A stretch of 64,000 bases of DNA from a virus (lineage: Duplodnaviria; Caudoviricetes), in IMG/VR virus record IMGVR_UViG_3300030376_002811, positions 5,183-69,182 of that record; one strand, 5' to 3'. Shown in pieces: positions 62,204 through 64,000 of the stretch (position 1 is its first letter; every line of letters begins with the position of its first letter). Position numbers and translations under genes: made by a program. Under the pieces are notes generated by a model. That model was not told the DNA's origin and made no database searches. It saw only the letters and a program-made list of their open reading frames with translations.

Positions 62204-63922
62204 ATGAACGTACAAGACAGAGAGATCAATGGATTCGCGATTGATGAGTTCAATCAGCATGACTTAGAAGTTGGGAAAACGCAGGGGACTTGTCCTCTGT
62301 GCTCCCACACTAGGAAACCTGAAAATAAGAAGGCTAAATGTGCTTCTTACGACTGGGAACGTGGTCTAGGAACCTGTCATAATTGTGATACTAGTTTTCA
62401 ACTTCATACTTATCAACGCAAGGGTGCAAGCGAAAAGGTTTATGTTAGACCTGACGAGCCCACCAACTTTAACGAGGTAAGTACAAAAGTTGAACAATGG
62501 TTTGAGCAACGCGGCATAACTAAACAAACCCTGGCTGACCTACGTGTAGGTGAAGGCCAGGAGTTTATGCCTCAAACAGGTAAGACTGAAAACACCATTC
62601 AGTTTAACTATTACATGGGTGATCAATTGATCAACATTAAATACCGCGATGGCCGTAAACACTTTAAGCTTTATAAAGGAGCTGAAAAAGTATTTTACAA
62701 CATCAACAGTATTGTTGGTTATGACGCTTGTGTCATAGTTGAAGGTGAGATGGACGTGCTTGCAATGCACGAAGCGGGAATTAAAAACGTAATATCAGTA
62801 CCTAATGGGGCTACGTTAAATTCAAACAATCTCGATTATTTAGATAATTGCATAGACTATTTTGATGACAAAGAAAAAGTTATATTAGCTGTTGACGCTG
62901 ATGAAGCTGGCCAAGCGCTACGACAAGAGTTTATTCGTCGTCTTGGTGCTGAAGTTTGTTATTTAGTCGATTTCGATGATTGTAAAGACGCAAACGATTA
63001 TTTAGTTAAGTATGGAAAGTCTGCCCTCAGACAAGTAATTGATAACATTAGACCTGTGCCTTTAGAAGGTGTGTCTACATTAAGAGATATTGAAGATGAA
63101 CTTAAAGATTTTGTTAAAAACGGGTTTAAGCCCGGCTTTCAAATCGGACTTAAAAACTTTGATAGTATTTTCTCTACTTACACCGGTCAGTTTATTACTG
63201 TTACTGGCGTACCCAGTAGCGGCAAGTCTGACTTTGTTGACCAAATGGTTGTGGGCTATAATCAACTTTACGGTTGGAAAACTGCGTATGCAAGTCCAGA
63301 AAACCAACCAGTGTATCTACACGCGCACAAGTTAATGCGTAAGCATTGGCAAGACATGCCAGCCGTAGGTGATATTGGCGGTGATAAATGGGAACAAGTT
63401 ACTGAACATGTTAATGACAACTACTTCTTTATTGATATGGATAAATATAATTTAGAAGCTGTATTACGCAAGGGCGCTGAGCTTGTTAAGCGTAAGGGTA
63501 TTAAATGTTTGGTTCTCGATCCATTTAATAAGATTAGAGATACAAACGCGGCGTCAGATGACGTTAACCGTTATACAATGGATTATTTAGCTAAGATCGA
63601 AGCTTTTTGCAAAAAGTATGATGTACTTACATTTATTGTAGCACACCCTACTAAAATGTATAAAGGCCAAGATGGCAAGATGGAAGAGCCAACGATGTAT
63701 AATATTAAAGGTGGTGGTGAATGGTATGATGCTAGTTATCACGGTTTGTTAGTCCATAGAGATTACGATGCTAAAACAACCAAAGTCAAGGTGCTTAAAG
63801 TTAAGTTCCAAAACCTTGGTGAAAACGGGGCTGAGTCCTTTTTTACATGGGAACCGCGATCTGGTAGCTTTATACCTCACGTAGGTGTTGAAGCTGAAGC
63901 AGAACCAATGCCTTGGGAATAA
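62204..63922 (+). CDS. Bifunctional primase-helicase (T7 gp4/Twinkle-like), 572 aa
   Basis: Zn finger CPLC...CHNC, Toprim VEGEMD / AVDADEAG / DANDYL, and SF4 helicase TGVPSSGKSDF, LVLDPFN, IVAHP. Confidence 0.92.
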   Translation: MNVQDREINGFAIDEFNQHDLEVGKTQGTCPLCSHTRKPENKKAKCASYDWERGLGTCHNCDTSFQLHTYQRKGASEKVYVRPDEPTNFNEVSTKVEQWFEQRGITKQTLADLRVGEGQEFMPQTGKTENTIQFNYYMGDQLINIKYRDGRKHFKLYKGAEKVFYNINSIVGYDACVIVEGEMDVLAMHEAGIKNVISVPNGATLNSNNLDYLDNCIDYFDDKEKVILAVDADEAGQALRQEFIRRLGAEVCYLVDFDDCKDANDYLVKYGKSALRQVIDNIRPVPLEGVSTLRDIEDELKDFVKNGFKPGFQIGLKNFDSIFSTYTGQFITVTGVPSSGKSDFVDQMVVGYNQLYGWKTAYASPENQPVYLHAHKLMRKHWQDMPAVGDIGGDKWEQVTEHVNDNYFFIDMDKYNLEAVLRKGAELVKRKGIKCLVLDPFNKIRDTNAASDDVNRYTMDYLAKIEAFCKKYDVLTFIVAHPTKMYKGQDGKMEEPTMYNIKGGGEWYDASYHGLLVHRDYDAKTTKVKVLKVKFQNLGENGAESFFTWEPRSGSFIPHVGVEAEAEPMPWE

Positions 63923-64000
63923 TGGCTTATGCTAAACGTAAACCATTTAAACCTGGGCTTAGAGCTTTATCAAAGCATGAGTCTAAAATGATTAGTTGGA
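63922..64000 (+). CDS. Start of a further ORF, truncated by the window edge
   Basis: TAATG-coupled; MAYAKRKPFKPGLRALSKHESKMISW stays open to the edge. Confidence 0.45.
   Translation, partial: MAYAKRKPFKPGLRALSKHESKMISW

Larger units (their letters stand above)
1..64000. other. Segment of a tailed dsDNA phage genome (podovirus-like, probable Bacteroidota/Flavobacteriia host)
   Basis: Contiguous terminase-portal-scaffold-capsid-tail module, holin/endolysin, primase-helicase and ERF/exonuclease/SSB. Dense coupled ORFs, AT-rich start contexts without Shine-Dalgarno motifs (typical of Bacteroidota), and a T9SS-like C-terminal domain. Confidence 0.93.

Noticed and set aside
51443-63307. Minus-strand ORFs in the early arm (for example 51443-51859, 59013-59483, 59713-59997)
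   Set aside because: Antisense to well-supported plus-strand genes; the hydrophobic composition is explained by the complement of A-rich codons.
1-64000. Prophage or temperate lifestyle, and stop-codon recoding
   Set aside because: No integrase, repressor pair or host flanks are visible; long genes read through intact in the standard code and TAG is used as a stop (for example 50430 and 62202).

Overview
The window is 64 kb of a lytic-looking dsDNA tailed phage genome, most likely a podovirus-like phage of marine Bacteroidota (Flavobacteriia). It has a crAss-like or Cellulophaga phi38:1/phi40:1-like gene layout; that family call is from recall and needs checking. The two arms diverge. The minus arm (1-49084) holds late genes: partial M15 endolysin, tail fibres, a host-envelope module, a 3409-aa internal virion protein, tail, ring, major capsid, scaffold, portal and terminase genes, a holin, GroES/GroEL and a cluster of small basic proteins. 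The plus arm (49388-64000) holds early and replication genes: many small ORFs, ATP-dependent ligase, DenV-like glycosylase, sigma factor, ERF, exonuclease, SSB and primase-helicase. No integrase, CRISPR array, canonical tRNA or DNA polymerase is visible. Best leads: (1) nine exact copies of an early promoter-like motif ATACGA-N9-GATAAT, and a sigma-region-2-like segment inside the giant virion protein, which also carries HExxH, HAD and Zn-finger modules; (2) unrelated small proteins sharing an N-terminal FKMKGPSLY tag, a candidate capsid-targeting signal; (3) a ~370-nt GC-rich structured non-coding element ending in a tRNA-like T-arm, plus a separate tRNA-like minihelix; (4) a phage-encoded putative T9SS substrate next to a beta-barrel outer-membrane protein; (5) three GTGACA-N32-34-TGTCA(C/T) inverted repeats tying an HTH gene to the strand-switch region. 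All functional calls come from visual motif recognition; no searches were run.
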